64,000 nt of DNA, from assembly GCA_002421665.1 (NCBI GenBank), contig DISH01000004.1:152025-216024 (forward strand), given 5' to 3'. This DNA comes from Candidatus Omnitrophica bacterium UBA6215 (GTDB lineage Bacteria; Omnitrophota; Gorgyraeia; Pluralincolimonadales; Pluralincolimonadaceae). The translations under genes were made by a program, and so were the position numbers. The notes under the pieces were generated by a model that made no database searches, was not told where the DNA came from, and saw nothing but the letters and a program-made list of their open reading frames with translations. Positions 11,932 to 21,767 of this stretch are shown piece by piece (the stretch's first letter is position 1; every line of letters starts with the position of its first letter).

Positions 11932-13190
11932 AAACAACCGCATCCGTGATCCTGGCATTTTCTATCGCGTTCTCGCCTGTCTGCGGCGCGTTTGCCGCTT
12001 CGGGAAAGACCGTTGATCCGGATGATGCCTTCGTAGACAAGATAGAGAAGGATACCTTCCGTTATTTCTTGGACATGGCGGACCCGGATACCGGGCTTGT
12101 CGCGGATAATTCCTCATCGGGCGCCCCGTGCAGTATTGCGGCGACGGGTTTCGGTTTGGCCGCATTGTGCATTGCACACAGCAGGGGTTGGATAACCTAC
12201 GACGAAGCCTACGACCGCGTATTCAGGACCCTCAAGACCTTCAAGAATACCCTTAAGAGCGAGCACGGTTTCTATTACCATTTCGTCGATATGAAGACCG
12301 GCAGGAGGGTATGGAACTCCGAGCTCTCATCTATAGATTCGGCGATATTCTTTGCGGGAGCATTGTTCGCCGCGCAGTATTTTAAGGGCACGGAGGTTGA
12401 ACGCCTTGCCAATTACCTTTATCTGCGCGCCGACTGGCCGTGGATGATGAACGGCAGCAAGCTCCTCTGCATGGGCTGGACCCCGGAGAAGGGTTTCCTC
12501 GGCGCTTACTGGGACTGGTATAACGAGGGACTCATAGCGTATATACTCGCGATAGGGTCGCCTACATATCCTGTTCCCGTTGAATCGTGGAGGGCCTGGA
12601 GGAAACCTGTCGGCGAATACGGCGGTTATAAGGTGGTCTATTCATATTTCGGCAGCCTGTTCACTTACCAGTTCTCCCAGGCATGGGTAGATTTCAGGGG
12701 CATAAATGATAACGGGATAAACTACTGGGACAATTCGGTAAACGCCATCAATGCCAACAGGAAGTTCTGCCTGGATAACGCCTCTTTGCATGAAGGTTAC
12801 GGGGAGGACGGGTGGGGGTTGACGGCGGGTGACGGTCCGGGAGGCTACAAGGGATACGGCGCCAGGCCGGCGGAGCATATCGTCCAGGACGGGACCATCA
12901 ACCCTTACGGCATAGCCGCGTCTATGCCTTTTTGCCCTGATATCTCCAAGAGATCGCTCAAGAACCTTTACGGGAAATACGGCGACAGGATATACGGCCG
13001 GTACGGTTTCAAGGCCGGGTTCAACCTGGACAAAAGATGGTGGAGCAATAACTATATCGGCATTGACCAGGGGATAACGGTATTGATGATAGAGAACTAC
13101 AGGACGGGGATGATATGGGATTATTTTATGCGCAACCGCTGCGTGAGATCGTGGATGGATTCCTGCGGGTTTGAAGTTGAAGTCCCTTGA
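11928..13190 (+). CDS. secreted glucoamylase-family protein (GH144/DUF3131-like beta-glucanase candidate)
   Basis: Signal peptide MKTTASVILAFSIAFSPVCGAFAAS; alpha/alpha-toroid-like motifs (ATGFGLAALCIA, WDWYNEG); family assignment from recall only. Confidence 0.4.
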   Translation: MKTTASVILAFSIAFSPVCGAFAASGKTVDPDDAFVDKIEKDTFRYFLDMADPDTGLVADNSSSGAPCSIAATGFGLAALCIAHSRGWITYDEAYDRVFRTLKTFKNTLKSEHGFYYHFVDMKTGRRVWNSELSSIDSAIFFAGALFAAQYFKGTEVERLANYLYLRADWPWMMNGSKLLCMGWTPEKGFLGAYWDWYNEGLIAYILAIGSPTYPVPVESWRAWRKPVGEYGGYKVVYSYFGSLFTYQFSQAWVDFRGINDNGINYWDNSVNAINANRKFCLDNASLHEGYGEDGWGLTAGDGPGGYKGYGARPAEHIVQDGTINPYGIAASMPFCPDISKRSLKNLYGKYGDRIYGRYGFKAGFNLDKRWWSNNYIGIDQGITVLMIENYRTGMIWDYFMRNRCVRSWMDSCGFEVEVP

Positions 13191-13249
13191 ACGGCGCCGC
13201 GTGTTATGAGATAATACCGGAGTGTTCCCAATCTCAACAGGAGGTAGTG

Positions 13250-13531
13250 ATGACAAGGATAGAAGATAAGCTGTTCGTCAACAGGTTCAAACTGGGTCCC
13301 GAGCCGCATATAAAGGTAAAGAACAAGGACCTTTGCCTCAAATGCAAGAAGAAGCAGTGCTCGATAGGCTGCCCGTCGGACTGCTGGAAGATCAACGACC
13401 AGGGCATCGCTGAAGTCAATGTAGACGGCTGCCTCGAATGCGGCACCTGCCGCGTCATCTGCGATGAGTTCTCCAACATAGATTGGAATTATCCACAGGG
13501 CGGGTTCGGTATACTATACAGATACGGCTGA
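13250..13531 (+). CDS. fixX: FixX-type ferredoxin-like protein
   Basis: MTRIEDKLFVNRFKLGPEPHIKV...DGCLECGTCRVICDE...WNYPQGGFGILYRYG closely matches the FixX pattern; ATG 13250 preceded by a GGAGG RBS. The ORF-track start at 13187 lacks an RBS. Confidence 0.75.
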   Translation: MTRIEDKLFVNRFKLGPEPHIKVKNKDLCLKCKKKQCSIGCPSDCWKINDQGIAEVNVDGCLECGTCRVICDEFSNIDWNYPQGGFGILYRYG

Positions 13532-13545
13532 TAGGAGGAAAAACC

Positions 13546-14070
13546 ATGTCAAAAAAGGATGTCAGGATACTGGAATCTGCGGTCAGGATGGAACTCGATG
13601 GCCGCAAGTTTTATCTTAAGGCGGCAAAGACAGCCAAGAACCTCATAGCCAGGAAACTCCTTGAGTCGCTCGCGGAGCAGGAACTGGCGCATATCGACCG
13701 GATCAAGGAGATAAGCGAGGGCCTCAAACATGAAGAGGATTGGGCTGATTTTGCCGGGACTATAAACAGCCAGGCGAAGAAGAAATTGGCGCTTGTCTTC
13801 AAACCCCTTACCGCTGCCGAGAAGAAGAAGCTCAAAGCGGACCCTTCGAACGTCAAGGCGATAGAACTGTCGATGAAAAAGGAGACTGACAGTTACGATT
13901 ATTATGACAAACAATCCAAGCAGACCGGCATAAGGATAGCCAAGGTCTTCTATAACAGGCTCAAGAAGGAAGAAGAGCACCATTACGAACTCCTCGAAGA
14001 GGCCCTGCAGCTGTTGACCGACACGGCTTCATGGTTCGTCAAGACCGAAGGAAGGGTAATGGAAGGCTGA
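13546..14070 (+). CDS. rubrerythrin/ferritin-like diiron protein
   Basis: Two E..ExxH diiron motifs (EQELAHIDR, EEEHHYELLEEAL); ATG 13546 after a GGAGG RBS. Confidence 0.7.
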   Translation: MSKKDVRILESAVRMELDGRKFYLKAAKTAKNLIARKLLESLAEQELAHIDRIKEISEGLKHEEDWADFAGTINSQAKKKLALVFKPLTAAEKKKLKADPSNVKAIELSMKKETDSYDYYDKQSKQTGIRIAKVFYNRLKKEEEHHYELLEEALQLLTDTASWFVKTEGRVMEG

Positions 14071-14087
14071 AAAGGAAAGCAAACCGC

Positions 14088-15296
14088 ATGGATGCCGTAG
14101 AGATAAAGAAAGATATATACTGGACCGGAATAACGGACTGGAACGTAAGGACATTCCACGGGCATACCTATTCGACGGCCAGGGGGACCACTTATAATTC
14201 TTACCTCATAGTTGATGACAAACCCACGCTGATAGACGGGGTGTACGGCCCGTTCGCGGAAGAGCAGGTAAAGAAGATAAAGGATGTCATTGCCCCCGAA
14301 AAGATAGAGAACATCATCGTCAACCACATAGAGACGGACCACTCGGGCTCATTGCCGGAACTTGTAAGGACATGCCCGGGGGCGAGGTTATACGGTACTC
14401 AAAAGTGCAAGGAAGGCCTTGGCAGGCTTTATTACGGGATGAAGGATGTAATCGACGATCCGGAACGTTTCCGGGTCGTCAAGACCGGCGACAGGCTTAA
14501 CATCGGAAAGAGGACGCTCTCGTTCATCGAAGCACCGATGATCCACTGGCCCGACAGCATGTTCACATATTGCCCTGACGAGGAGCTGCTTTTCTCCAAT
14601 GATGCGTTCGGGCAGCATTACGCGACTTCCGGGAAGTTCGATGATGAGGTCGACATGTGCGCCCTTATGGATGAGGCTACTAAATATTATGCCAATATCC
14701 TGTGGCCGCTTGGTGCGATGATCGACAGGAAGATAAACGAGATACTGGGCTCAGGCATTCCTATAAAGATGATAGCCCCGAGCCACGGCGTGATATGGCG
14801 CAAGGACCCGCTTAAGCCCGTGAAGGCGTATATGTCATGGGCAAAGAACGAGACAAAACGCAAGGCCGTTATCGTATATGAGACGATGTGGGATTCTACC
14901 GCGAAGATGGCCAGGGCGATAGCCGACGGGCTGATAGAAAGCGGAGTAGATACAAAATTATTCGATATAACGGCCTCGGACAGTACAGAGGTTGCCAGCC
15001 AGATGCTTGACGCAAAGGCCTTTATTATAGGTTCGTCCACCCATGACAACGACATGCTTCCGTCTATAGCCGCTTTCCTTGAGCTCTTAAAGGGTTTCAA
15101 GGCAAAGAACAGGATAGCGGCGGTCTTCGGTTCTTACGGGTGGGCCGGCGGCGCGGTGAAAGAGATAGAAGAGGTCCTTAAAGAAGGGGGGATCGAGACG
15201 GTCCTGCCCCCGGTTTCGGTCAAGTTCGTTCCCGATGAAGCCGACCTGAAATGCTGCCGGGACCTCGGGACAGAGATGGCTAAAAAGATACAATAA
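14088..15296 (+). CDS. fprA: flavodiiron protein (FprA / rubredoxin:oxygen oxidoreductase)
   Basis: Metallo-beta-lactamase-like diiron domain (HIETDHSG) plus a C-terminal flavodoxin domain; ATG 14088. Confidence 0.85.
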   Translation: MDAVEIKKDIYWTGITDWNVRTFHGHTYSTARGTTYNSYLIVDDKPTLIDGVYGPFAEEQVKKIKDVIAPEKIENIIVNHIETDHSGSLPELVRTCPGARLYGTQKCKEGLGRLYYGMKDVIDDPERFRVVKTGDRLNIGKRTLSFIEAPMIHWPDSMFTYCPDEELLFSNDAFGQHYATSGKFDDEVDMCALMDEATKYYANILWPLGAMIDRKINEILGSGIPIKMIAPSHGVIWRKDPLKPVKAYMSWAKNETKRKAVIVYETMWDSTAKMARAIADGLIESGVDTKLFDITASDSTEVASQMLDAKAFIIGSSTHDNDMLPSIAAFLELLKGFKAKNRIAAVFGSYGWAGGAVKEIEEVLKEGGIETVLPPVSVKFVPDEADLKCCRDLGTEMAKKIQ

Positions 15297-15310
15297 AAGG
15301 AGACTTTTAA

Positions 15311-15469
15311 ATGGATAAATATCGTTGCACTGTATGCGGATACATATATGACCCTGCGGCAGGCGATCCGACCCAGAACATTGCTCCGGGAACGTCTTTT
15401 GACAAACTTCCGGATGACTGGGTCTGCCCGTCCTGCGGTGTCGGCAAGGAAATGTTCGAGAAGGTTTAA
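15311..15469 (+). CDS. rub: rubredoxin (52 aa; absent from the supplied ORF track)
   Basis: [20 protein letters not shown]...[19 protein letters not shown] with the two CxxCG rubredoxin knuckles; AGGAG RBS at ~15297-15301; TAA stop at 15467-15469. Confidence 0.9.
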   Translation: MDKYRCTVCGYIYDPAAGDPTQNIAPGTSFDKLPDDWVCPSCGVGKEMFEKV

Positions 15470-15479
15470 GCCCTCCTCA

Positions 15480-16652
15480 ATGAAGGTAGCTATCGTAGGG
15501 AACGGTATCGCGGGTATTACTGCCGCGAAGTCGATATCCGAGAACCTGCACGGTTCGTCAATAAAGGTCTTTACGGACGAGGACTACAACTATTACCCAA
15601 GGCCTTTGCTCGACAGGCTGCTTTCGGGCACTCTCGGTCTTGAGGCCATGTTCCCCTATGATGATAATTGGTACAAAAGCAGGGGGATAGATATATCTCT
15701 CGGCGACAGGGTGACTTCGATCGACGTTAAGTCGGGGAGGCTTAAGGCGGCGCGGTCAGGGACTACGGATTTCGACAAGGTCCTGCTTGCCACAGGGGCC
15801 TCTCCTTTCATGCCGCCTATAGAGGGTATATCGGCAAAAGAAGTTCTTGCTTACAGGAACATAGCCGATGTCATGAGGATACGTTCCTTTGCCCGGGGCA
15901 AGAATAAGGCCGTTGTCCTCGGCGGAGGCCTGCTTGGGCTTGAGACCGCAAAGTCGCTTACGGAACTCGGCCTGAAAGTCACCGTGGTAGAACATAATTC
16001 GCGTCTGCTGCCCAGGCAACTCGATGATGAGGGCGCCGCGATACTTAAGTCCATGGTCGAGAAGTCCGGTATAGAGGTAGTACTTTCCGGGGCGGCGGAG
16101 GGACTTGAAGCGGATATCTGTATAGTGTCTGCCGGCGTCAGGCCGAATGTTGGATTGGCCAGGGCATGCGGCATTGGAGTGGAAAAAGGCATAGTGATCG
16201 ACGGGTTCATGCAGACGACCTGCCAAAGCGTTTATGCGGCAGGGGACTGCGCGGAATTCAATAAGACGGTTTACGGTATAATACCCGCCGCGATAGAGCA
16301 GGGGCTCGCCGCGGCCTCCAATATAATGGAAAGGCCTTTTGAGTACAAGGGGACCACTTTCCAGGCCACGCTCAAAGTCATAGGCATAGATCTTGCTTCG
16401 ATAGGCAAGGTCAATCCCGAAGGCACAGGGTATGAGGCGGTCTGCCGGAAGGACCCGTCAAGGGGCCTTTACAGGAAATGCGTGATCAAGGACGGCAGGG
16501 TGGTGGGCGCCATTGTCATAGGCGAGAAGACGGGTGTTGTAACGCTGGCAAGGATGGTAAAGGAAGGGACGGACGTATCCGGGAACAAGGAAGCGCTTAT
16601 GGGGGATGACGCGGCGCTTTCCGAGGCCTTTTTGAAAGGACCGCAGGTTTGA
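15480..16652 (+). CDS. NAD(P)H:rubredoxin oxidoreductase-like FAD-dependent pyridine nucleotide-disulfide oxidoreductase
   Basis: MKVAIVGNGIAGITAA GxGxxG FAD site plus a second NAD-binding GGGLLGLE; start at ATG 15480. The ORF-track start at 15348 would read through the rubredoxin gene. Confidence 0.8.
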   Translation: MKVAIVGNGIAGITAAKSISENLHGSSIKVFTDEDYNYYPRPLLDRLLSGTLGLEAMFPYDDNWYKSRGIDISLGDRVTSIDVKSGRLKAARSGTTDFDKVLLATGASPFMPPIEGISAKEVLAYRNIADVMRIRSFARGKNKAVVLGGGLLGLETAKSLTELGLKVTVVEHNSRLLPRQLDDEGAAILKSMVEKSGIEVVLSGAAEGLEADICIVSAGVRPNVGLARACGIGVEKGIVIDGFMQTTCQSVYAAGDCAEFNKTVYGIIPAAIEQGLAAASNIMERPFEYKGTTFQATLKVIGIDLASIGKVNPEGTGYEAVCRKDPSRGLYRKCVIKDGRVVGAIVIGEKTGVVTLARMVKEGTDVSGNKEALMGDDAALSEAFLKGPQV

Positions 16653-17392
16653 GGGATGCCCTTTTAGCTTCATTCATAGCGAGTTGTTTTACAGGTTTGG
16701 GCGCTATACCGATCTTGCTCAACGATAAGGTATCGCATAAGCTTTATGATACCCTTTTGGGTTTTTCGGCCGGTGTGATGATAGCAACGGCTTGCTTCAA
16801 CCTTATCGAATTGTCGCTTAAGACAGGAACGCTGGCGCAATCGGTCTTCGGCATAGCGTCCGCGACAGTCTTCCTTTACCTTGTGGAAAAATCGATCCCG
16901 CACCTGCACAGCAAATACCCGCATTTCAAGGACAACCCGATGAGCATAAAGCTCAAGAACGGGATACTCATGGCTGTGGCCATAACCGTCCACAATATGC
17001 CGGAAGGCCTTTCGGTAGGCGTAGGTTATCTCGCATCCCCGAAGATCGGGCTTATGCTCGCGGCTGCCATTGCACTGCAAAACATGCCGGAAGGGCTCGT
17101 AGTGGCCGCGCCCCTCAGACAGGCCGGGGTCTCAAAGGCCAAATGCTTCTTGATGGCCACGCTCTCCGGTATAACGGAACCTATCGCTGCTTTTATCGGG
17201 ATAATACTCTTCGGATTATCTAAGGCCGTCCTGCCTTTTGGGCTTGCCTTTGCCGGAGGGGCAATGCTCTATGTGACCTTTGATGAGATAATCCCCGAAT
17301 GCCACAGCCACGGCAATGAGATAGCGGCGACATTCGCCGCGATAATAGGGTTTATAGTGTTATTGTTGCTTAACGCCGTTTTCGGCGTATAA
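16649..17392 (+). CDS. zupT: ZIP family metal transporter (ZupT-like)
   Basis: Two HNMPEGL / QNMPEGL ZIP signature helices; 247 aa. Confidence 0.85.
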   Translation: MRDALLASFIASCFTGLGAIPILLNDKVSHKLYDTLLGFSAGVMIATACFNLIELSLKTGTLAQSVFGIASATVFLYLVEKSIPHLHSKYPHFKDNPMSIKLKNGILMAVAITVHNMPEGLSVGVGYLASPKIGLMLAAAIALQNMPEGLVVAAPLRQAGVSKAKCFLMATLSGITEPIAAFIGIILFGLSKAVLPFGLAFAGGAMLYVTFDEIIPECHSHGNEIAATFAAIIGFIVLLLLNAVFGV

Positions 17393-17407
17393 AGAAAGGA
17401 GGACAAA

Positions 17408-17758
17408 ATGGCTGAAGGAAAAGACCTGGGGAAGACCACTATAAGTATGGAAGCTAACCTTGCTGCGGCGTTATCTTATGTCTTCGGATGGGTATCAGGG
17501 CTGATATTTTTCCTGCTGGAGAAGGAGAATAAGTTCGTAAGGTTCCACGCAATGCAGTCGATACTGTTCGCGGTAACGTGGATGGCTTGCATGATAGTCC
17601 TGGCCATAACCATAGTTGGAGCGTTCCTTATACCGATCGCCGCCCTGGCATTCTTTGTCCTTTGGATAATATTGATAATAAAATCCTTCTCGGGAGAGAT
17701 CTTCAAGCTTCCCGTATTAGGGGAAATGGCGGACAAATACAGCAACATTAAGGTCTGA
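17408..17758 (+). CDS. DUF4870 / Tic20-like small membrane protein
   Basis: 116 aa; FHAMQS motif and three TM helices. Confidence 0.55.
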   Translation: MAEGKDLGKTTISMEANLAAALSYVFGWVSGLIFFLLEKENKFVRFHAMQSILFAVTWMACMIVLAITIVGAFLIPIAALAFFVLWIILIIKSFSGEIFKLPVLGEMADKYSNIKV

Positions 17759-17772
17759 CAAGCGGGTAATAG

Positions 17773-18537
17773 ATGAACCTATTTGAAGCTATAGTGTTGG
17801 GGCTCGTCCAGGGGTTGGGCGAATTCCTTCCGATAAGCAGTTCAGCGCACCTCATCGTATTCCCGTGGCTGTTCGGTTGGCCCGAGCACAGCCTGGCGTT
17901 CGATGTAGCGTTACACGCCGGAACGCTTATAGCAGTGGTAGTGTATTTCTGGAACGACTGGTTGAAGGTCCTGAAGAGCCGGATGATATGGTACATAGCC
18001 GTTGCGAGCGTCCCGGGGGCCTTGATAGGCAAACTGCTTGAGGACAAGGCCGAGGCGGTTTTCAGGTCGCCTCTACTGATAGCGGTAACCATGAGTGCCT
18101 TCGCGGCAATATTCTTCCTTGTCGACAGGTATATCTGGAAGGCAAGGACGCTTAAGTCGCTCGGTTTCCTCGACGCTATTGTAATAGGGCTTTCGCAGGC
18201 GCTTGCCATAATACCGGGTGTTTCGCGTTCCGGGGCGACGATGACCGCGGGAATGGGCATGAAACTGGACAGGGAGTCGGCCGTGAGGTTCTCTTTCCTT
18301 CTTTCGGCCCCGATAATATTGGGGGCGACGGTACTTAAGCTCAAGGACATAACCGCGCTGGCTTCAGGGGGAGAAGGGGCATCGCTGGTTGCCGGTTTTT
18401 TGGTATCCGCTGTCACCGGTTTTCTTTCGATAAAGTATCTTTTGGGGTATGTCAAAAAGCATTCGTTCAACGTTTTTATCGTGTACAGGTTAATGTTCAG
18501 CGCGGTGATATTGGCGGTGTTCTTACTAAGGAAATAA
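17773..18537 (+). CDS. uppP: undecaprenyl-diphosphate phosphatase
   Basis: FLPISSSAHL and GVSRSGAT signature motifs. Confidence 0.93.
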   Translation: MNLFEAIVLGLVQGLGEFLPISSSAHLIVFPWLFGWPEHSLAFDVALHAGTLIAVVVYFWNDWLKVLKSRMIWYIAVASVPGALIGKLLEDKAEAVFRSPLLIAVTMSAFAAIFFLVDRYIWKARTLKSLGFLDAIVIGLSQALAIIPGVSRSGATMTAGMGMKLDRESAVRFSFLLSAPIILGATVLKLKDITALASGGEGASLVAGFLVSAVTGFLSIKYLLGYVKKHSFNVFIVYRLMFSAVILAVFLLRK

Positions 18538-18543
18538 GACCGG

Positions 18544-19194
18544 ATGAAGACAAAAGCTATACAGAACATAGAACGCAGGATGGAAGGGCTCGAGGAAGGT
18601 TCCATCCGCTACAGGGTGCTCAGGAGTGTCGTGGATTTCAAGACTTCGTGGATCGACCTGGGGCAGTCTCTTTACTCGGTCTGGAAGGACAAGCTTTACA
18701 GGGAATGGGGTTTCCTGTCGTTCGAGGCCTACTGCGCTAAAGAGATAGGCGTCAGAAAAGATACCGCGATGAAACTCCTGCGATCGTATTATTTCCTCGA
18801 AAAAGAGGAGCCGCAATACCTCAAGCGCGATGAAGGCCCGGACGCCCGGGACGCGGCGAGCATACCGAGCTATGAATCGGTCAACCTGCTTCGTATGGCC
18901 AAGGGCAAGAAAGAGATCGGCGAAGAGGGCTATGAGTCCCTTAAGAAGAATGTCTTCGAGAAAGGGAAGGATTTCCGCGATATCAAGAAAGACCTTACGA
19001 CTCTTATCAGGCAGAGGGAAGAGCTCGATCCGCAGGAAGCCAGGGACAGGAGGAGATCTGCGGCGATCAAAAGGGTCGTGGCTACCCTTAAGGGCCTTAG
19101 GAACGATATAGAGATCTCGAAGTTCCTTCCGGCGGCTACTATAAAGGATATAAAAGACCTTATCGATAAGCTTGAATCGGAGATAACCGGGTGA
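18544..19194 (+). CDS. hypothetical protein
   Basis: 216 aa, charged and coiled-coil-like; no recognised motif. Confidence 0.4.
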   Translation: MKTKAIQNIERRMEGLEEGSIRYRVLRSVVDFKTSWIDLGQSLYSVWKDKLYREWGFLSFEAYCAKEIGVRKDTAMKLLRSYYFLEKEEPQYLKRDEGPDARDAASIPSYESVNLLRMAKGKKEIGEEGYESLKKNVFEKGKDFRDIKKDLTTLIRQREELDPQEARDRRRSAAIKRVVATLKGLRNDIEISKFLPAATIKDIKDLIDKLESEITG

Positions 19195-19952
19195 AGCGGC
19201 TGCGGATACCGGTCCTTTTGTTACTGTTGCTTGCCTTATGCGGCAGGGTTTACGGAGACGGGACATTTATTACGCGCCATAAATGTACGGACCTCAAGGG
19301 GAATTTCTTATGGGAAGCCGCGGTCACGATAACACCGTCCGGCAGCGACCCTGATACCTATATCCTTGTCGAAGAGGGCAAGGGCAGGTTCAGCGGATAT
19401 AAGGGAGAGAGTTCCCGTAAGTCTGAGATGCGTTTTATAAGTAAAAGCGGTTCCATAAGGCCGCTTGAAATGAAAAGCTCGGTGTTTTCACCGGAAGGCA
19501 GGCTTATAGCAGAGGCCAAGCAGGAATTTGACCCTTCGGGGGGCTCAGTAGCTTGCTGCGCGAGGGACCTCGTTAAAGACACATGCCGGACGAGATCATT
19601 CAAGCTGAAAGGTGATACGATAAACAGGCTCTTGACCGGGCTTTATGCCAGGCAGATGATAGAGGAAGGCGGTAAGGAAAAGACCGTGAATATGTTGAGC
19701 GAAGAACCGGCCCTTTACCGCGTGACGCTCAGGGTGACGGGAAAAGAGACGATAGAGGTCAACGGCCGCCGGCGAGAAGCGTTCAAGGTATGCATAGACC
19801 CTAATATAGGCCTCTTGACCCCGGTAAAGTTCTTCCTGCCTAAGAATTATACCTGGTTTTCTTGTGAACCCCCTTATGAATGGCTTAAGTTTGTCGGATT
19901 GGAGGAGTCGATAGATTCCCCGATGGTAGAGATAACCACTTTGGATAACTGA
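19191..19952 (+). CDS. hypothetical secreted protein
   Basis: Signal peptide MKRLRIPVLLLLLLALCGRVYG; 4 bp overlap with the upstream gene. Confidence 0.45.
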   Translation: MKRLRIPVLLLLLLALCGRVYGDGTFITRHKCTDLKGNFLWEAAVTITPSGSDPDTYILVEEGKGRFSGYKGESSRKSEMRFISKSGSIRPLEMKSSVFSPEGRLIAEAKQEFDPSGGSVACCARDLVKDTCRTRSFKLKGDTINRLLTGLYARQMIEEGGKEKTVNMLSEEPALYRVTLRVTGKETIEVNGRRREAFKVCIDPNIGLLTPVKFFLPKNYTWFSCEPPYEWLKFVGLEESIDSPMVEITTLDN

Positions 19953-19954
19953 AG

Positions 19955-21283
19955 ATGATCCCGGAAAGGTTCAAGACAGAATACAAAAATGAGCTCAGGC
20001 GCATATTCGACCAGCGCATAAACCTTTTTTGCTATATAGTCATAAGCGCTTTTTTTGTCGAGATAGTACTGGCGAGTTTCTGGTTCAGGAGGCTGCTCAG
20101 CTCAAAGGATATACCGGGGGTGGCCGGCGGCACCATCCTGGCCGCCATAATCCTGTTTTCGGGTAAGATAAAGGTAACAAGGGGCCTGTTTATCCATAAG
20201 TTGAGGGGTTTCTTCTTCAGCATATTCCTGGTGTCGATAGCGATACTTGCGGCGGCGGCGCACCCGGATGTCATAGCCAACCTCGGCATAACGCTTGTGC
20301 TTATAGCCCTGTTCGTCAGCGTGCTGCTACTGCCTTGGAATGTCCCTGAAACAGCCGTTCTCGGCGTATATACGCTTGTAAGTTTCATAGGCGTATACGA
20401 GATGTCGAATACTTACGTGAACTACGAGATATTCGGCATAAACATAACCCTTCTGGTTACCGCGACGATCATCTGCATGGTGGTCAAAAAAAGCGAAGAG
20501 GTCATGAGACAGAAGGATTTTGTGCTCAAGAAAGAGATCGAGGAGAAGAGCAGGATCATGGTCAAGGAGCTCGAGATCGCCAATAAGATACACAGCGGGC
20601 TCATGCCTAAATCGGTCAAGACCGACCTTGTGGATATCGCGGTGGATTACAAGCCGATGCTTTATATGGGAGGGGATTATGCCAGGTTCCATTTCATGGA
20701 AAAGGACCTTTTGGCGTTCATGATAGCCGATATCACCGGGCATGGAGTTTCGGCAGCCTTGCTCGTCAACAGGCTGCATACAGAGATCGAGGAGCTGCTG
20801 AGGATTAAGCTTGCCCCGGGCGAGATGTTGAAGCGCCTCGACGGTTTCATAAAGTCGGATTTCGGGAAGATGAGCATATTCTTGAGCGCGTTCGGCGGCC
20901 TGCTTAATTTCAGGGAGAGGAAACTTATATATTCGAATTTCGGACACCCGCCGCAGATATTGTTCCGGAAGGCGGATAACAAGATAATATATATGGAATC
21001 GCAGACCTTCCTGATGGGGATCGGTATGGACGAGGCCAGGGTATACCAGATGTCGCTGGATTTCGATAAAGGCGACAAGATATTCCTGTTCACGGACGGG
21101 ATAATAGAGGCGAGGAACACGGCGGGGGAGCAATACGGGAACAGGCGTTTCGAGGATTTCGTTAAGGATAACGGGGGCCTCGATGTCATGACCTTCAACG
21201 AGAAGCTGATGTCCGAACTGGAAGATTTCCAGGACGGAAAGCAGGGAGACGATATCTTCCTGCTTTCGATACAGATAAAATAG
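19955..21283 (+). CDS. membrane-anchored PP2C-family serine phosphatase (SpoIIE/RsbU-like)
   Basis: Multi-TM N-terminus; PP2C motifs FMIADITGHGVSAAL and FLFTDGIIEARN. Confidence 0.8.
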   Translation: MIPERFKTEYKNELRRIFDQRINLFCYIVISAFFVEIVLASFWFRRLLSSKDIPGVAGGTILAAIILFSGKIKVTRGLFIHKLRGFFFSIFLVSIAILAAAAHPDVIANLGITLVLIALFVSVLLLPWNVPETAVLGVYTLVSFIGVYEMSNTYVNYEIFGINITLLVTATIICMVVKKSEEVMRQKDFVLKKEIEEKSRIMVKELEIANKIHSGLMPKSVKTDLVDIAVDYKPMLYMGGDYARFHFMEKDLLAFMIADITGHGVSAALLVNRLHTEIEELLRIKLAPGEMLKRLDGFIKSDFGKMSIFLSAFGGLLNFRERKLIYSNFGHPPQILFRKADNKIIYMESQTFLMGIGMDEARVYQMSLDFDKGDKIFLFTDGIIEARNTAGEQYGNRRFEDFVKDNGGLDVMTFNEKLMSELEDFQDGKQGDDIFLLSIQIK

Positions 21284-21296
21284 GGGGGCAGGGTAA

Positions 21297-21767
21297 TTGA
21301 GAGGTTTCATTCTTACTTGGGTAGTGAATATAGCGGCTATCATAGTTGTCATCAATATGGTACCGGGCATACATTCCGAAGGCAGGCTGGCGACGGTCCT
21401 TGCGGCGCTGGTATTGGGGCTGATAAACGCGACTTTGCGGCCGATAGTCTTTGCATTAACCCTGCCGTTGACCGTGCTGTCCTTAGGGGTCTTTACACTG
21501 TTCATGAATGCCGCGTTCTTCTACCTGGCCTCATGGCTTGTAGAGGGTTTTGTCGTAGCGGATTTCTGGGCGGCTTTCTGGGGGGCATTGTGTTTCAGCG
21601 CGGTGAGTTTCGTATTGAACCTGCTTGTGAGCCCCCAGGGCAGGTTCAGGGTATACAGGTTCGACGATCGCAGGACTCCGCCGCCTTCATCCGGCAGCGG
21701 CCCGGACATAATAGACGTAGATGCGGAAGTAGATGATGATCAGGAGGAAGATAATGGCTCGAAGTAG
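21297..21767 (+). CDS. phage holin family 4 (DUF360/YvlD-like) membrane protein
   Basis: 156 aa, four TM helices, GLINATLRPIVFALTLPLTVLSLG pattern; acidic C-terminal tail. Confidence 0.6.
   Translation: MRGFILTWVVNIAAIIVVINMVPGIHSEGRLATVLAALVLGLINATLRPIVFALTLPLTVLSLGVFTLFMNAAFFYLASWLVEGFVVADFWAAFWGALCFSAVSFVLNLLVSPQGRFRVYRFDDRRTPPPSSGSGPDIIDVDAEVDDDQEEDNGSK

Noticed and set aside
15348-15479. ORF-track N-terminal extension of the rubredoxin reductase (start 15348)
   Set aside because: The extension overlaps the bona fide rubredoxin gene in another frame. ATG 15480, with GxGxxG immediately downstream, is the real start.
17748-21505. Large minus-strand ORFs 17748-18605, 18526-19266 and 20327-21505 (up to 392 aa)
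   Set aside because: They lie antisense to uppP, two hypothetical genes and the PP2C phosphatase. They have low-complexity Ser/Pro/Arg-rich translations and no recognisable domains, and are taken as frame artefacts.
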